Shown: piece after piece, positions 6,854 through 16,970 of the stretch
How positions within the stretch are numbered: the first letter of the stretch is position 1
Layout: each line of letters begins with the position of its first letter
IMG/VR virus record: IMGVR_UViG_3300032298_001038
Coordinates: 64,001 to 128,000 of that record
Direction: 5' to 3' (one strand)
Origin: a virus
Length of the DNA stretch: 64,000 nt
The notes under the pieces: model-generated
Seen by the model: the letters and a program-made list of their open reading frames with translations, nothing else
Told to the model about the DNA's origin: nothing
Databases searched by the model: none
Position numbers and translations under genes: made by a program

Positions 6854-7186
6854 TTAGTCGGGAATCACGTAATCAGGCGGCAACGGCACCCAACTCTTGG
6901 CGCGCTCCGCGTCGTAAGGCATCCACCACGGCGCGTCGTCCGCGTCGCAAACGCCCCAGTCGTTGTTGATAAACTTGTTGTGATTGATAGCGTTCACAAC
7001 ATGATCCGGCAGGTCGACGATGACTTCCTCGCCGTCTTCGTTTTCGGTCAAACCCTTGGTTTCTACGGTCGGGTCAAATCGACCGATGTGCAGCCCGACA
7101 GGGTGACCGAAGTAATAGACCATTTGGCCTTCTTCCGGCAGCCGATCCGAACACCGAATCCAACCGCGTTCTTCAGCAGATCGCAT
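6854..7186 (-). CDS. hypothetical protein, DUF551-like
   Basis: WIRCSDRLPE N-terminus and W.PLP C-terminus. Confidence 0.6.
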   Translation of the reverse strand: MRSAEERGWIRCSDRLPEEGQMVYYFGHPVGLHIGRFDPTVETKGLTENEDGEEVIVDLPDHVVNAINHNKFINNDWGVCDADDAPWWMPYDAERAKSWVPLPPDYVIPD

Positions 7187-7203
7187 ACGGTTCCTTTTGT
7201 TAT

Positions 7204-7479
7204 TTATTCGTCTTCTTCTTCGCCGCCGAACATTTCATTCCAGCATTTGTCGCAAATGCCAGAAATAAGAAATTCACGCTCGGCTGCGGTGAGATACGAG
7301 AAACAATCCTGCGCGAAACCGCCGTTACGGAAACGTGCCAAATCTTCAATCTTGGCGCGTACCGTCTGCTTTTCGCTGCACGAATAACAAGGCCCCGACA
7401 CCTCCGCGTAGGTGGCGTCAGCATTGTCGACGGCGCAAATGCCGTCACGGAACGCATACTTTTCGATCAGAAAGGACAT
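7204..7479 (-). CDS. Zn-ribbon-like small phage protein
   Basis: CYSC ... AEREFLISGICDKCW motif. Confidence 0.65.
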   Translation of the reverse strand: MSFLIEKYAFRDGICAVDNADATYAEVSGPCYSCSEKQTVRAKIEDLARFRNGGFAQDCFSYLTAAEREFLISGICDKCWNEMFGGEEEDE

Positions 7480-7492
7480 TGAAATCTCCTAA

Positions 7493-7576
7493 TGGGGTCG
7501 GTGGGACTTGAACCCACACGGGATTACTCCCAACGGATTTTAAGTCCGTTGCGGCTGCCGATTACGCCACGACCCC
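7493..7576 (-). tRNA. tRNA-Leu(UAA)
   Basis: ACGGA-CTTAAAA-TCCGT anticodon arm, long variable arm, GGTTCAAGTCC T-arm. Confidence 0.9.
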
Positions 7577-7625
7577 AATGCCGCCAGCCGAGTAGCCCCG
7601 GTTAGAACTGGCGGAAAGGGTCATG

Positions 7626-7925
7626 TCAGGCAAACCGGTCCTGCATACGAGCATTCATCCACTCGTTCATGTTTTCGAGTGAACCCCAGCAAGAGCCGGG
7701 CGCTTCGTTGTAGAACCACTGGACGTAGAGTTTGAGCAGCCCGATGTTCTGCTCGTCGGCGCAACCCACGGCACGCCGCAGGTCGTTGGTGATGACGCCG
7801 GTCAGGAAGTCGCCGGGCTTGATGCCCTGTACGACATAGCGCCGAATGGCTTCCTGCATGTGGGGCGGAATGGTCGCGTAATCGCCCCGAAACTCTACGT
7901 CGAATTCAAACTTGGTTGCGGTCAT
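7626..7925 (-). CDS. conserved phage hypothetical protein (MTATKF...)
   Basis: PGDFLTGVITNDL..AVGCAD motif; start trimmed. Confidence 0.7.
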   Translation of the reverse strand: MTATKFEFDVEFRGDYATIPPHMQEAIRRYVVQGIKPGDFLTGVITNDLRRAVGCADEQNIGLLKLYVQWFYNEAPGSCWGSLENMNEWMNARMQDRFA

Positions 7926-8167
7926 CTCTGCGTCCAGACGTACCACTGATTGTTTTCGTATTTCCACCACTGCCCGTTGTGGTACATGACACGGGCCTGT
8001 GGTTGCGGCTGCGCTTGCCCCGCGGGCTGCATCATCGGCTGCTGCGCCGGAGATTGCAACTGTTGCGGTTGAACGCCTAATTTCTGCTGCATTTTGTCGG
8101 CACCGATCTGGGCGAGCGGTTGCAAAAACGGCATGAGCAGCGTGAAGAGCAAAACAAACAACTGCAT
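7922..8167 (-). CDS. small secreted/membrane Gln-rich protein
   Basis: hydrophobic N-terminus, GGAGG RBS, ATGA overlap with the next gene. Confidence 0.65.
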   Translation of the reverse strand: MQLFVLLFTLLMPFLQPLAQIGADKMQQKLGVQPQQLQSPAQQPMMQPAGQAQPQPQARVMYHNGQWWKYENNQWYVWTQR

Positions 8168-8213
8168 GGAAAACCTCCTTGCACAAGAAAGCCAGCGATC
8201 CTCCGCCGGACAA

Positions 8214-8285
8214 TGGGGCCGGTGGGATTCGAACCCACAACCAAAGGATTAAAAGTCCCTTGCGCTACCGTTGCGCCACAGCCCC
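8214..8285 (-). tRNA. tRNA-Lys(UUU)
   Basis: AGGGA-CTTTTAA-TCCTT anticodon arm, GGTTCGAATCC T-arm. Confidence 0.9.
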
Positions 8286-8304
8286 AACCGCCGTTGTTAC
8301 ACGA

Positions 8305-8937
8305 CTACCGAGTCGTTACCCGAATTCGTGGAAACCCGCAATTTCCGTTCGGGCATTGACTGCGCACGTTCACACCGTTCTTGCGATTGATCTCGGCAGC
8401 ATTGGGACCGTGATAGACCCCGTCGTCGGTATAGCCCACGTAGGGCTTCCGCGGCTCCGTCATGACCAACCAAAGTCGCCACTTGCCGCCTTCTTTTTTG
8501 AAAGCCTGAACATACTCCGTCTCTGCTTCGGTCGGCAAGAGTTTAGAGTTTTCACGGTAGAAGGCTTCCTCTTCCGTGGGTTCAGCCGTCGGCTCACCCG
8601 TCGTGGTGCCCTGTACGACACGCGCGACGGCGTACTGTCCTCGCACCTCCAACAGTTCGAAATCGCGGACGCTAATGTACGCGTCGTTGTCTCGAAACAG
8701 CGCGGTAGATTGCTGCGCAAACTCGTCACGCCGCGGGAGCGTGGGAGACAGCGTAGTCATCATGGCCTGAACGTCTTCGCGGTTGTAAGCCTCGAAGTTC
8801 TGATCCAGCGCCGCACGAATCTTGCTTTCTTCCGGGTGATCGGCGCGCGCGAGAGCAGCGTAACCAAGGGCAAAAGCAATCAACGCAACCCACCACCAGA
8901 ACGCCGACAGAAAAACAGAGCGAATGATTTGAAACAC
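8305..8937 (-). CDS. membrane-anchored NTF2/SnoaL-like protein
   Basis: GTG start after AGGAGG; N-terminal TM segment then IRAALDQNFEAYNREDV...GGKWRL pattern. Confidence 0.55.
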   Translation of the reverse strand: MFQIIRSVFLSAFWWWVALIAFALGYAALARADHPEESKIRAALDQNFEAYNREDVQAMMTTLSPTLPRRDEFAQQSTALFRDNDAYISVRDFELLEVRGQYAVARVVQGTTTGEPTAEPTEEEAFYRENSKLLPTEAETEYVQAFKKEGGKWRLWLVMTEPRKPYVGYTDDGVYHGPNAAEINRKNGVNVRSQCPNGNCGFPRIRVTTR

Positions 8938-9116
8938 TAGTTCTTGCCTCCTCGCATGCAAAAGTCAGCAAATGCCCCCGCCAGTCCCATGCCAGTAAAA
9001 GCCAACACGACTTGCGTGGTGGATTCAAAACTTTGCCCAGCCGCGTAACCGATGGCTGAGCCGGCAATGACTGCAACGAACAACGTGACTTCGCGAATCA
9101 GACGAAGCGTGGACAT
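8937..9116 (-). CDS. small two-TM membrane protein
   Basis: ATG with GGAGG RBS, two hydrophobic segments. Confidence 0.6.
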   Translation of the reverse strand: MSTLRLIREVTLFVAVIAGSAIGYAAGQSFESTTQVVLAFTGMGLAGAFADFCMRGGKN

Positions 9117-9170
9117 GGGTTCCCTCCCGGTGTCTGGACGCGCACCAAAATCCCGTAATACAAAACCCAC

Positions 9171-9211
9171 GGGGGTGCTAAGAATATGCCCGGTTTTTGG
9201 CAAAAATTTAG
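9171..9211. promoter_or_regulatory. 41-bp conserved intergenic motif, copy 1
   Basis: 34/41 identical to 31045..31085. Confidence 0.6.
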
Positions 9212-10344
9212 CCGGGATTCGAAACGGCCGGGGCTTCGATTTTGCGTTTTTTAAACTTTTCTGGCAGCGTGTACCAGCCGTCAGAATACAGTTCGTGAAT
9301 CTGCGTAAACGCTTTGTCGTACATCGCCCCGCAGGTTTGGAGACTGTACTTATGCCGGGCGTAGGCGGCAACTTTTCTTCTATCTAAATCGTCGACGATT
9401 TCAAGGGCTTCCAACCAATCGCGCAAAGTCTTGCACCGGTAACCACTCAGGCCGGGCACTACGGTCTCTGTAAACGCGCCGTAATCGGTCGAGACGAGCG
9501 GGGTGCCACACAGCATGCCCTCGACACCAGAGCCGCCAAATGGCTCCAGAAAGTTCGTAGGCATGAGCGAGCAGATGGCGTTGCGCATAAATTCGCTGCG
9601 CTGCTGGCCTGTAATCGGCCCCCAGTATTCGATGTTGGGGTGCGCCCACTTAGTGTGGTCGCCTTGCCCGCAAAGAATAATCTTTCTGTCGCCGGTGTAC
9701 TTGGCGATTTCTTTAAGCGTGTCCAGTCCTTTGCAGGAGTCAATACGGCCGAGAAACGCGTAATACTTGCCCGGTTCGTAACTAGGCGCCCAGTGGTCGA
9801 TATCGAAATAGTTCGGAATAACCCACTCGTAGTTTGTGCCCTGCCTGTTTTCTTTGGCGCAATGAAAGTGCCGCCACGCTTCGGATTCAAAAATACGCAT
9901 GGTGCCGGTCATGAGCGTCGGGTAGCCGATGCCGGTTTCAATGTGGATGTTCTTGGGAAACTCCTGCATGACACGGGAATGCGCGTGACCAAACGGGTGG
10001 CAAATCAAGTCTGTCGGCTTGACTCGCTTCCGCATCTCCGAGATTAACTTGGCTTCAAATATCTGATGATGCCGAGTGCCGACAGCCGCGAGATCGCCGT
10101 GGAACGATTTCTTGTCGCGATTGCCGATGTATTCGTCGTACTGCGCCTTCAGCAGCATCGTCACTTTTTCATTGGCTTGGCTTTCGCTGCCTTCGTTGGC
10201 GTACTCGATAATCTCGTAGCCAAACGGGCGCATCATCTGGGAAAAGCGCAGGGCTTTGCCGGTGAACGCACAATGAGAAAACGCCTGATTATGAATGGTG
10301 TGAAAAATACCAATCAGATGCAGCGTGGGCTTGGCCATCGTCAC
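9208..10344 (-). CDS. glycosyltransferase family 4 (GT-B)
   Basis: AFLGRIDSCKG and EPFGGSGVEGMLCGTPLVSTDYGAFTE motifs. Confidence 0.88.
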   Translation of the reverse strand: MTMAKPTLHLIGIFHTIHNQAFSHCAFTGKALRFSQMMRPFGYEIIEYANEGSESQANEKVTMLLKAQYDEYIGNRDKKSFHGDLAAVGTRHHQIFEAKLISEMRKRVKPTDLICHPFGHAHSRVMQEFPKNIHIETGIGYPTLMTGTMRIFESEAWRHFHCAKENRQGTNYEWVIPNYFDIDHWAPSYEPGKYYAFLGRIDSCKGLDTLKEIAKYTGDRKIILCGQGDHTKWAHPNIEYWGPITGQQRSEFMRNAICSLMPTNFLEPFGGSGVEGMLCGTPLVSTDYGAFTETVVPGLSGYRCKTLRDWLEALEIVDDLDRRKVAAYARHKYSLQTCGAMYDKAFTQIHELYSDGWYTLPEKFKKRKIEAPAVSNPG

Positions 10345-10359
10345 TCCTTTGACAATGAA

Positions 10360-10815
10360 TTACTTGCTCGCGAATGGCAGAAACTTTTGCGCCATGTCCG
10401 TTTCGGCGTTAATGATTTCCAGTTTTTCAGCAGCCGCACGTAATTGGGCAATGATTTTTTTGCGGTCGTGCTTGGTTGTCAGCGGGACTTTGAGCACATA
10501 TTCGTTCTGCGGCCCAAATGTGACTTCTACATTGCCGCCTTCGGTATTGAACGAGATCGGTGAAAAAAGGTCGGTGACTTTACGCAAATACTCGTTTTCG
10601 ATTGCGAGGTCAGCAATACGCTTGGCCAGTTCGTCGATCTTGGTGTTGCCGAATCCAAACTCGCGAAGGATGGTATTAGCGCGCAAACCACCTGCGGCGA
10701 CTTGGAGCAGTTTGCCGACGAGATCGACGCTGATCCCGGACAGCGATTCCAGCAGCATGTCTTTAGGGAGATTCTGTTCTTGTTTGCACCCGGTTTGTTT
10801 GTTGCAACAACCCAT
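10360..10815 (-). CDS. hypothetical protein (MGCCNK...)
   Basis: ATG with GGAGG RBS. Confidence 0.65.
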   Translation of the reverse strand: MGCCNKQTGCKQEQNLPKDMLLESLSGISVDLVGKLLQVAAGGLRANTILREFGFGNTKIDELAKRIADLAIENEYLRKVTDLFSPISFNTEGGNVEVTFGPQNEYVLKVPLTTKHDRKKIIAQLRAAAEKLEIINAETDMAQKFLPFASK

Positions 10816-10837
10816 AGAAACCTCCGTGTTTAAATAA

Positions 10838-11179
10838 CTAATACAGCCGCGTGATCTTACGCCGATCACGAATATCGTCATTGCTGACCGGCACCGTAAT
10901 TGGCGACATATCTTGGCGCTGCGTCGTGACGGCTGTACGCGGCGGATTATTGCGCGTTTCGGCCATTGCAAACAGCGCCCGCGAGTACTGCTGTTTAACC
11001 TGCCAACGCCGCTCTCTGAATTCGCTACGCACGCGCCTGATTCGCGCTTCTGTCCGTACGATGAGCGTGACGAGCGCCAGTACGCCGAAGAATAAGAGCG
11101 CGACAAGAACCAGCGCCCATGTTTGCTCAGGCATTGGCTGGGGGATGGCTTCTGCCGGCGGAACGATGTTGGGATTCAT
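10838..11179 (-). CDS. single-TM membrane protein
   Basis: ORF track, hydrophobic segment. Confidence 0.6.
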   Translation of the reverse strand: MNPNIVPPAEAIPQPMPEQTWALVLVALLFFGVLALVTLIVRTEARIRRVRSEFRERRWQVKQQYSRALFAMAETRNNPPRTAVTTQRQDMSPITVPVSNDDIRDRRKITRLY

Positions 11180-11726
11180 AACAGTCGGCGCAGACAGGTA
11201 AGTACTTTTCTTCGCACCCCAACTCGACGGACGGGCCGGAGAGTGTCGGCTGGCCGTTGAGCAGTTTAAGGTTGAACACGGCTTTTCGCAAGCAGAAGTT
11301 GCATGTGGTTTTGACCTCTTCGATACTGTCGGCCAATTCCATGAGTCGTTGCGCGGCGGGGAAGAGTTGGCGGCGGAAATCGGTGCGTAACCCGTAGCAG
11401 ATCACAGGGACGTTGGGGGCTGTGTGGACGCACCGGTGCAACTCGTCAATATCGTGCGTGGTCAAAAACTGAACTTCGTCAACTAAGACGCAGGCAAAAC
11501 CGACGAGATCAGGCAGCATGAACGGGCCTACTCGCGGCACAAAACAGTCTGCTGGCATTTCTAAGCCGGCGCGTGTCTTAATGATATCTTTGCCGAACCG
11601 CGTATCGAGTTCGGGTTTGACGAGCAGAACTTTTTTACCCTGCTGTCGGTAGTTATGCGCCACGGCCAAAAGATTGAGCGTCTTAGCGCTACCGACCGCG
11701 CCGTACCGAAAATAGAGTTTAGCCAT
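11127..11726 (-). CDS. tdk: thymidine kinase
   Basis: YGAVGSAKT P-loop, LVDEVQF, YGLRTDF, C-terminal Zn site and YLPVCADCY. Confidence 0.93.
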   Translation of the reverse strand: MAKLYFRYGAVGSAKTLNLLAVAHNYRQQGKKVLLVKPELDTRFGKDIIKTRAGLEMPADCFVPRVGPFMLPDLVGFACVLVDEVQFLTTHDIDELHRCVHTAPNVPVICYGLRTDFRRQLFPAAQRLMELADSIEEVKTTCNFCLRKAVFNLKLLNGQPTLSGPSVELGCEEKYLPVCADCYESQHRSAGRSHPPANA

Positions 11727-11729
11727 ACA

Positions 11730-12233
11730 TTATGGGTAATTAAATGGAAAACTCTGTTCAGCGCCCGTACCGTTGGCAGTATACGTGCCGCTAAAAAGAA
11801 CACTATCGACGACAAATTTATCCGCTTCAAAATCAAATTTCCACTTACGCACAGTGACTGTACCGAAATTGCCAAAGCCGTTTTCTTTGGTGATTTTTAT
11901 GCGTAACGTATTTTCGCCTTCTTCAAAATCGTCTTTTTTTACTGATTCTTTTGTCACGTCACCACACGACTCGCCCTCAACCTCGTCGCTTGTGCTCCAA
12001 ACTGTACCTGCAAGTTTCATCTCAGGCGCCTTGTGCGCGCCAATGCTTTTATCGTTTAAATAAACTTCCCAGTCGTCGTCGGTGATTGAGTTAACGTTAC
12101 ACATTTCAATTGTGTACTCAAATTCATTGCAGCAGCACGGGTCGTCCTCGTCGGCGAGCACAAGCGGACCACTGCAACCGACAACGCGCAATCTAGGCCC
12201 GCAACACGCATTGATGACAGTGAGTTTGGCCAC
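11730..12233 (-). CDS. Cys-rich beta-sandwich protein, probably virion-associated
   Basis: ORF track; context among fibre genes. Confidence 0.55.
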   Translation of the reverse strand: MAKLTVINACCGPRLRVVGCSGPLVLADEDDPCCCNEFEYTIEMCNVNSITDDDWEVYLNDKSIGAHKAPEMKLAGTVWSTSDEVEGESCGDVTKESVKKDDFEEGENTLRIKITKENGFGNFGTVTVRKWKFDFEADKFVVDSVLFSGTYTANGTGAEQSFPFNYP

Positions 12234-12239
12234 GATTCA

Positions 12240-13397
12240 TCACGCCGGGTCTTCTGACTTTACGCCAAACTGAAACGAATTGATTTCAGCGACCGACCAC
12301 CGATCACTCGTTTCAGGATTGTCCAGTATGTATTCCGGTCCACGTGTTTTATACGTGTTGTCTGACATGACATATTTATCGGACAGATCGTACGTCGTTT
12401 CAGAACCCGATTTTCCGATAATACGGTACGCAGAAGCCAAACTGGCGTTTTTGGCTTTCGTGCTAATGCGCACAGCACCTACAAGCGTTCCGGGCGTCAA
12501 ACTACTGGCGTCAATATTTGCCCAATTGTACAGTTGTATTTGATTAAACGCACTTGTACGAATGCCGCTCGTATCTCCGTCGTTGCTATACAGTCGTTGA
12601 TAATTACCGGTGGAGAACCATTGGTTTGCGGTAACCGCGGCGTCAAAATTATCGCTATCTACCGACACGTTTCGCACAACGGTTTCCGGGCCAAGCCATG
12701 TGTTTTCACGCGTACCAGTGTTGTCGACAAGGTAGAGATCGTCGATATAGCAGCCGCTACTTGTATATTGCCGAATACGCCCGTTAACAAATTCGATTTT
12801 TGCGATATTGCTAATTGTTGTCAGATCAGTCTTTTGCAGCGAATTCGAATTAACCAGCGGCATGCCTGCAATATGCATTGCCAATGTGTTTGTCGCGCTT
12901 TCAATATCTAATTCGAATTCGAAATAAATCCATTCATTTATCGCGACGATTTGGCCATGATATTCGCCGCTCAAACCGGCGGTGTAAGTATCAACAATTG
13001 TGTTCGCTTGCACGACATTAATGTTAACGTCTGTACCGTACTCAACTTGTGAATTGCTACTTGTCGGTGTCGTGTCAAACGTTAACGTCAACACAAGAAC
13101 GTTTGAACTGTTATAGAAACGCAAAAATGGTCGACCGCTCGGGTACAGCGCGGTATCGCTGGTTGTTGTAACGTAATTGTGCAATGCAAAACCCAGATAA
13201 AGCGTTTTTGCGGAATGCGTGCCGATGTTTGTCAACGATAGCCGATAATCCAGCGCTTCGTCCCCGTAAAGGTGCATGGAATTAGGGCCGGAGCCGGAAC
13301 GCACGTTGCTGTTCAAACCCATATTCGTTGTGTTAGTAAGCGTCCAGTGATTTTCGTCCAGATCGCGGTTGAACCCGTCAAAGAAAATAATGGCCAT
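12240..13397 (-). CDS. putative tail/virion structural protein
   Basis: MAIIFFDGF N-terminus, Thr/Asn/Ser-rich beta composition, YIDDLY motif. Confidence 0.6.
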   Translation of the reverse strand: MAIIFFDGFNRDLDENHWTLTNTTNMGLNSNVRSGSGPNSMHLYGDEALDYRLSLTNIGTHSAKTLYLGFALHNYVTTTSDTALYPSGRPFLRFYNSSNVLVLTLTFDTTPTSSNSQVEYGTDVNINVVQANTIVDTYTAGLSGEYHGQIVAINEWIYFEFELDIESATNTLAMHIAGMPLVNSNSLQKTDLTTISNIAKIEFVNGRIRQYTSSGCYIDDLYLVDNTGTRENTWLGPETVVRNVSVDSDNFDAAVTANQWFSTGNYQRLYSNDGDTSGIRTSAFNQIQLYNWANIDASSLTPGTLVGAVRISTKAKNASLASAYRIIGKSGSETTYDLSDKYVMSDNTYKTRGPEYILDNPETSDRWSVAEINSFQFGVKSEDPA

Positions 13398-13408
13398 AGC
13401 AACCTCAA

Positions 13409-13741
13409 TTACGGCTTATAGGTCAACATGTCTATTGTAACGTTTGTGATTCGTGATTCGTTTTGCGGCCCGGTATACAGCAGCACGTCATGAACGTATT
13501 GCGTTATTGCGTTTATATTTTTTGTTGGGTCTAGGTAGGTCAACGTATTCACATTGAATTGCGTAATACGCGTCGAATTTTGGTTTTGGTTCTCGTAGAT
13601 TAATCTATCGATGACCAGTTGCGTAATGCGTGCGTGCGGTTTTGTTTGGTCCGTGTAGTCGAGCCTATCCAAACTCAGTTGCGTGAGGCGCGTTTCTAGA
13701 AAAGGCTCACGCGGCGTACGAAAACCTAAATGACCGCGCAT
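13409..13741 (-). CDS. hypothetical protein with internal ARITQ repeats
   Basis: five (T/A/S)(R/A)(L/I)T(Q/N) repeats; translationally coupled to the collagen gene. Confidence 0.6.
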   Translation of the reverse strand: MRGHLGFRTPREPFLETRLTQLSLDRLDYTDQTKPHARITQLVIDRLIYENQNQNSTRITQFNVNTLTYLDPTKNINAITQYVHDVLLYTGPQNESRITNVTIDMLTYKP

Positions 13742-15594
13742 TATGGCACCAAATCACCGGTGAGAATCCACTGATTATCTGCGATCATAATTAACGTCGC
13801 TGTACTGTATGTATCGCGTAAGGTTGGCCCGGGTGTAGAGAACAGCGTGCAGCCAGAACCAGCCACACACGTTACAGAACCCGAACCAATGTTAATGATA
13901 TCTATGTTTACGCCCGGCAAAATTGTGGTGTATGGACTCGGGAATGAGTACCGTTGTGGCACGGTGATTGTAATGTTTGACGCCGAGTTGCACAGGAGTA
14001 TTTTTCCCGCGTCACTCGCTACGAAAGTGTAATTAGCGCTGACATTTGTAAAACTTTGAGAAAGCGCAAAATTACCTTGAGGTCCGGCAGCGCCGCTTGG
14101 GCCTGTCGGACCTGTTGCGCCGCCGGGCAAACCCTGCGGGCCGGTCTCGCCCTGTGGGCCTGTTGCGCCTGACGGGCCAGCGGGACCTGTGGCGCCAGTT
14201 ATACCGATACCAGTCGCACCACGCAGCCCGGCTGTACCTTGCGGCCCGGTTGGTCCCAAAGGCCCTGTTGGTCCGGTCGGACCAGAAACACCAGTCGCCC
14301 CTGTCGGTCCGTTTTCGCCTTGAATTCCGTCTTCGCCCTGCGGACCTGTTGGTCCGGACGGGCCGGTGGCGCCAAGCGGACCAATTTCACCTTGCGGCCC
14401 TGTAGGCCCGTCGACACCTGTTGGACCAGTTGAACCGACGACACCAGTAGCGCCTGTTTCGCCGGTTTCTCCTTGATCGCCTGTAAGACCAATTAGACCT
14501 GTAGGTCCGGTTTCGCCTTGTGGTCCCGTCGCGCCTGTTTCTCCAGTTGGACCTGTCGGACCTTCAATGCCCGTTGGTCCTGTCGTGCCCTGCAAACCAG
14601 TTGGACCTGTGGCGCCAGATGGTCCTGTTGCGCCAGTTGGACCGGCAATGCCTTGTGGTCCCTGCTCGCCCTGCGGGCCTTCGCTGCCGTTTGTACCCGG
14701 CAAACCCTGCGCGCCCGTGGCGCCTTGAATGCCCGTTGCCCCAGTCGGCCCGGGAATACCGGTCACACCAGTCGCGCCGGTAGCGCCCTGCTCGCCGGTG
14801 TCGCCCGTCAAACCTGTGGCGCCCGTGGCGCCGTCAACACCTGTTGCGCCTGTCGGACCTTCTATACCCGTTGCGCCGCGAAGGCCAGACGCACCTGTCG
14901 GGCCGACGGGTCCATCAACACCTGTTGCGCCTGTTGCACCAGCGCCGCCTTGTACGCCCGAAGCGCCGGTCGCACCTACCGGGCCGAAAGGACCAACCGC
15001 GCCTGTCGCGCCGATTTGACCCATAGGCCCTGTTGCGCCAGTGGGGCCTGTCGTGCCTCGTGGGCCAGTAGGGCCTGTAGTTCCTTGTGTGCCAGTTACA
15101 CCCGTTGCGCCAATGACGCCTGTTGAGCCGGTTACACCTTGCGGACCCGTCGCGCCTGTAATACCTGCGGCGCCAGTAGACCCTTGAATACCAGTCGCGC
15201 CAGTTGCGCCTGTTAAACCTTTTGTACCTTGCGGCCCAGTCGCGCCGCTGGCGCCCATCGGGCCAACCATGCCAGTAACGCCGACAGCGCCGCTTGGCCC
15301 GACAGCGCCTGTAGCGCCCTGCGGTCCCGTGGCGCCACGTACGCCGGTCGCACCGACGCCGATAATCTCCGCGGGAATCTGCGCGACGGGGACTTTACCG
15401 TCGCTGCCAAGGCTCGCGACGCCATTGGGTTGGCCGCGATCGCCCCACGTCAGCGCGCCTAAAATATCTAAAAGGCGACCAACCGTGGTTTTTTTAGTTA
15501 TCGGCGGTTGTGCCTGTTGATCGACAATCGCCAGTAGGTCATCGCGATTCGGCGAATCTTTCAGCGGCAGATCGGATATGCGTTTTTTGGCCAT
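13741..15594 (-). CDS. collagen-like tail fibre
   Basis: over 400 aa of Gly-X-Y (GATG/GPTG); N-terminal KRISDLP anchor; C-terminal ...WILTGDL head domain. Confidence 0.88.
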   Translation of the reverse strand: MAKKRISDLPLKDSPNRDDLLAIVDQQAQPPITKKTTVGRLLDILGALTWGDRGQPNGVASLGSDGKVPVAQIPAEIIGVGATGVRGATGPQGATGAVGPSGAVGVTGMVGPMGASGATGPQGTKGLTGATGATGIQGSTGAAGITGATGPQGVTGSTGVIGATGVTGTQGTTGPTGPRGTTGPTGATGPMGQIGATGAVGPFGPVGATGASGVQGGAGATGATGVDGPVGPTGASGLRGATGIEGPTGATGVDGATGATGLTGDTGEQGATGATGVTGIPGPTGATGIQGATGAQGLPGTNGSEGPQGEQGPQGIAGPTGATGPSGATGPTGLQGTTGPTGIEGPTGPTGETGATGPQGETGPTGLIGLTGDQGETGETGATGVVGSTGPTGVDGPTGPQGEIGPLGATGPSGPTGPQGEDGIQGENGPTGATGVSGPTGPTGPLGPTGPQGTAGLRGATGIGITGATGPAGPSGATGPQGETGPQGLPGGATGPTGPSGAAGPQGNFALSQSFTNVSANYTFVASDAGKILLCNSASNITITVPQRYSFPSPYTTILPGVNIDIINIGSGSVTCVAGSGCTLFSTPGPTLRDTYSTATLIMIADNQWILTGDLVP

Positions 15595-15671
15595 AGGCTA
15601 TTCTCGCAGCAAAGAGTTTCTGCCTCATAAAATAGCATATTTTGAACACTCAATCCACTTGCCTTATTTGT

Positions 15672-15713
15672 AAAAAACAAACGCCTACCCGCCAAATAAA
15701 TGACGGGTAGGCG
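15672..15713 (-). terminator. intrinsic terminator
   Basis: stem CGCCTACCCG/CGGGTAGGCG followed by TTTGTTTTTT on the minus strand. Confidence 0.75.
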
Positions 15714-15751
15714 CTGTAATAAACGATAAAGCCGATTAAACGCTGAAAATA

Positions 15752-16105
15752 TCAGCCGTTGTTGGCCGGCGCCGGTTCGACCGGATCGACAGCCGTCACC
15801 GTGCCGTCGTTGTTGTACGAAAACTCGCCAACAACAGCGGCGCCCGGGGCAATCGCTTCAGCCTTGACCGTAGCCAGCAGCGCGCCGATCTTGCCATGAA
15901 GTTCAAACACTTCCTTGGCGTCGGTGCCGAGGGCGGCAGCGATCTCAGACGGCTTCACGCGGGGGTTCTTCCAAAACTGTTGTGCGCCTTGGTTGAACGC
16001 CTGCACGAGTTGCTGGAACGTCATGCGGGCCTGCTGCTTGAGTTGCTGAGCCACGCGGTCAGCAGCGGCGACTTCGGGAACCTGCGGATTATCAAGAACA
16101 CCCAT
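15752..16105 (-). CDS. hypothetical protein
   Basis: ORF track, GGAG RBS. Confidence 0.7.
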   Translation of the reverse strand: MGVLDNPQVPEVAAADRVAQQLKQQARMTFQQLVQAFNQGAQQFWKNPRVKPSEIAAALGTDAKEVFELHGKIGALLATVKAEAIAPGAAVVGEFSYNNDGTVTAVDPVEPAPANNG

Positions 16106-16159
16106 TGTTTAAATCTCCAGAGAAAAGGGCCACACGTGTGAGAACCAGTATACACAATT

Positions 16160-16963
16160 CTATTTACGCCGCCAGACTTCCGCGTTGCTGTATTTCTGCA
16201 TAAGCGCCGGGCCAAGAATCTCAAGGGCTTTCTTCGGTACGGGCGCGACAGCCGGGCGAATTGTGTGCAAGCCCGGAATACGATGCACGTTGACATCGTC
16301 TTCTTTCGTGACCTGCTCTATGTTGACAAAGTTATGCTCAAACGGAGTCTCGCCCAAAAACTCATACACCCGCCGCATGGTCGGACCGGGGTTTTGCGTC
16401 AGGTCGTCAAACTCGACAAACAGCATGGAGTTGGCATAGCCGCGCGACAAGGCGTCTTTAACGCGGTTATAGGCAAGACCCACCGGCTGCCCTTGGCTAG
16501 CCCAGATATCGCAACGGCCGTCGAGCGTTTGGGCTTTGAAATAGTCGGCCTGCTCAAACGCCCACTGACTTTGCCCGGTAGACTTCCGCCAGAGTTGTTC
16601 GAAACTGGCAAGAATCTCAGCAACATCACGAACAGGGACAATAAACTTAGCCGGACCACCTTTGACGAACTCGACCATCTCGATGAGCGAAAGCCAGCCG
16701 CGGCCTTTGTCGACAATGATATCTTTGTCGGTGTTGTGATAAGAGTCTAGGGCGGCAACCATGACCCGTCGCAGTTGGTCGTAGTTGATACCTTCAGCCT
16801 GATGCTCGATCAATTTGTCCCACTGGTTGCGAATGTTGAATAAAACATCGTGGCAACCGGACGTAGCCGGGGACACATAGAACTTGGGATTCTGCGCTAA
16901 GATATTGCATAGCAGCGTGGACCCGGCGCGAGGCAGGCCGCTGATAAAGTAGTGCGTTTTCAT
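16160..16963 (-). CDS. sulfotransferase family protein
   Basis: 5'-PSB loop ISGLPRAGSTLL; PVRD...ILASF; RVYEFLG. Confidence 0.88.
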   Translation of the reverse strand: MKTHYFISGLPRAGSTLLCNILAQNPKFYVSPATSGCHDVLFNIRNQWDKLIEHQAEGINYDQLRRVMVAALDSYHNTDKDIIVDKGRGWLSLIEMVEFVKGGPAKFIVPVRDVAEILASFEQLWRKSTGQSQWAFEQADYFKAQTLDGRCDIWASQGQPVGLAYNRVKDALSRGYANSMLFVEFDDLTQNPGPTMRRVYEFLGETPFEHNFVNIEQVTKEDDVNVHRIPGLHTIRPAVAPVPKKALEILGPALMQKYSNAEVWRRK

Positions 16964-16970
16964 GCGGGCA

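Noticed and set aside
6168-8240. Extended ORF starts 6168..6542 and 7626..8240
   Set aside because: They run through tRNA genes or another gene; shorter RBS-supported starts were used instead.
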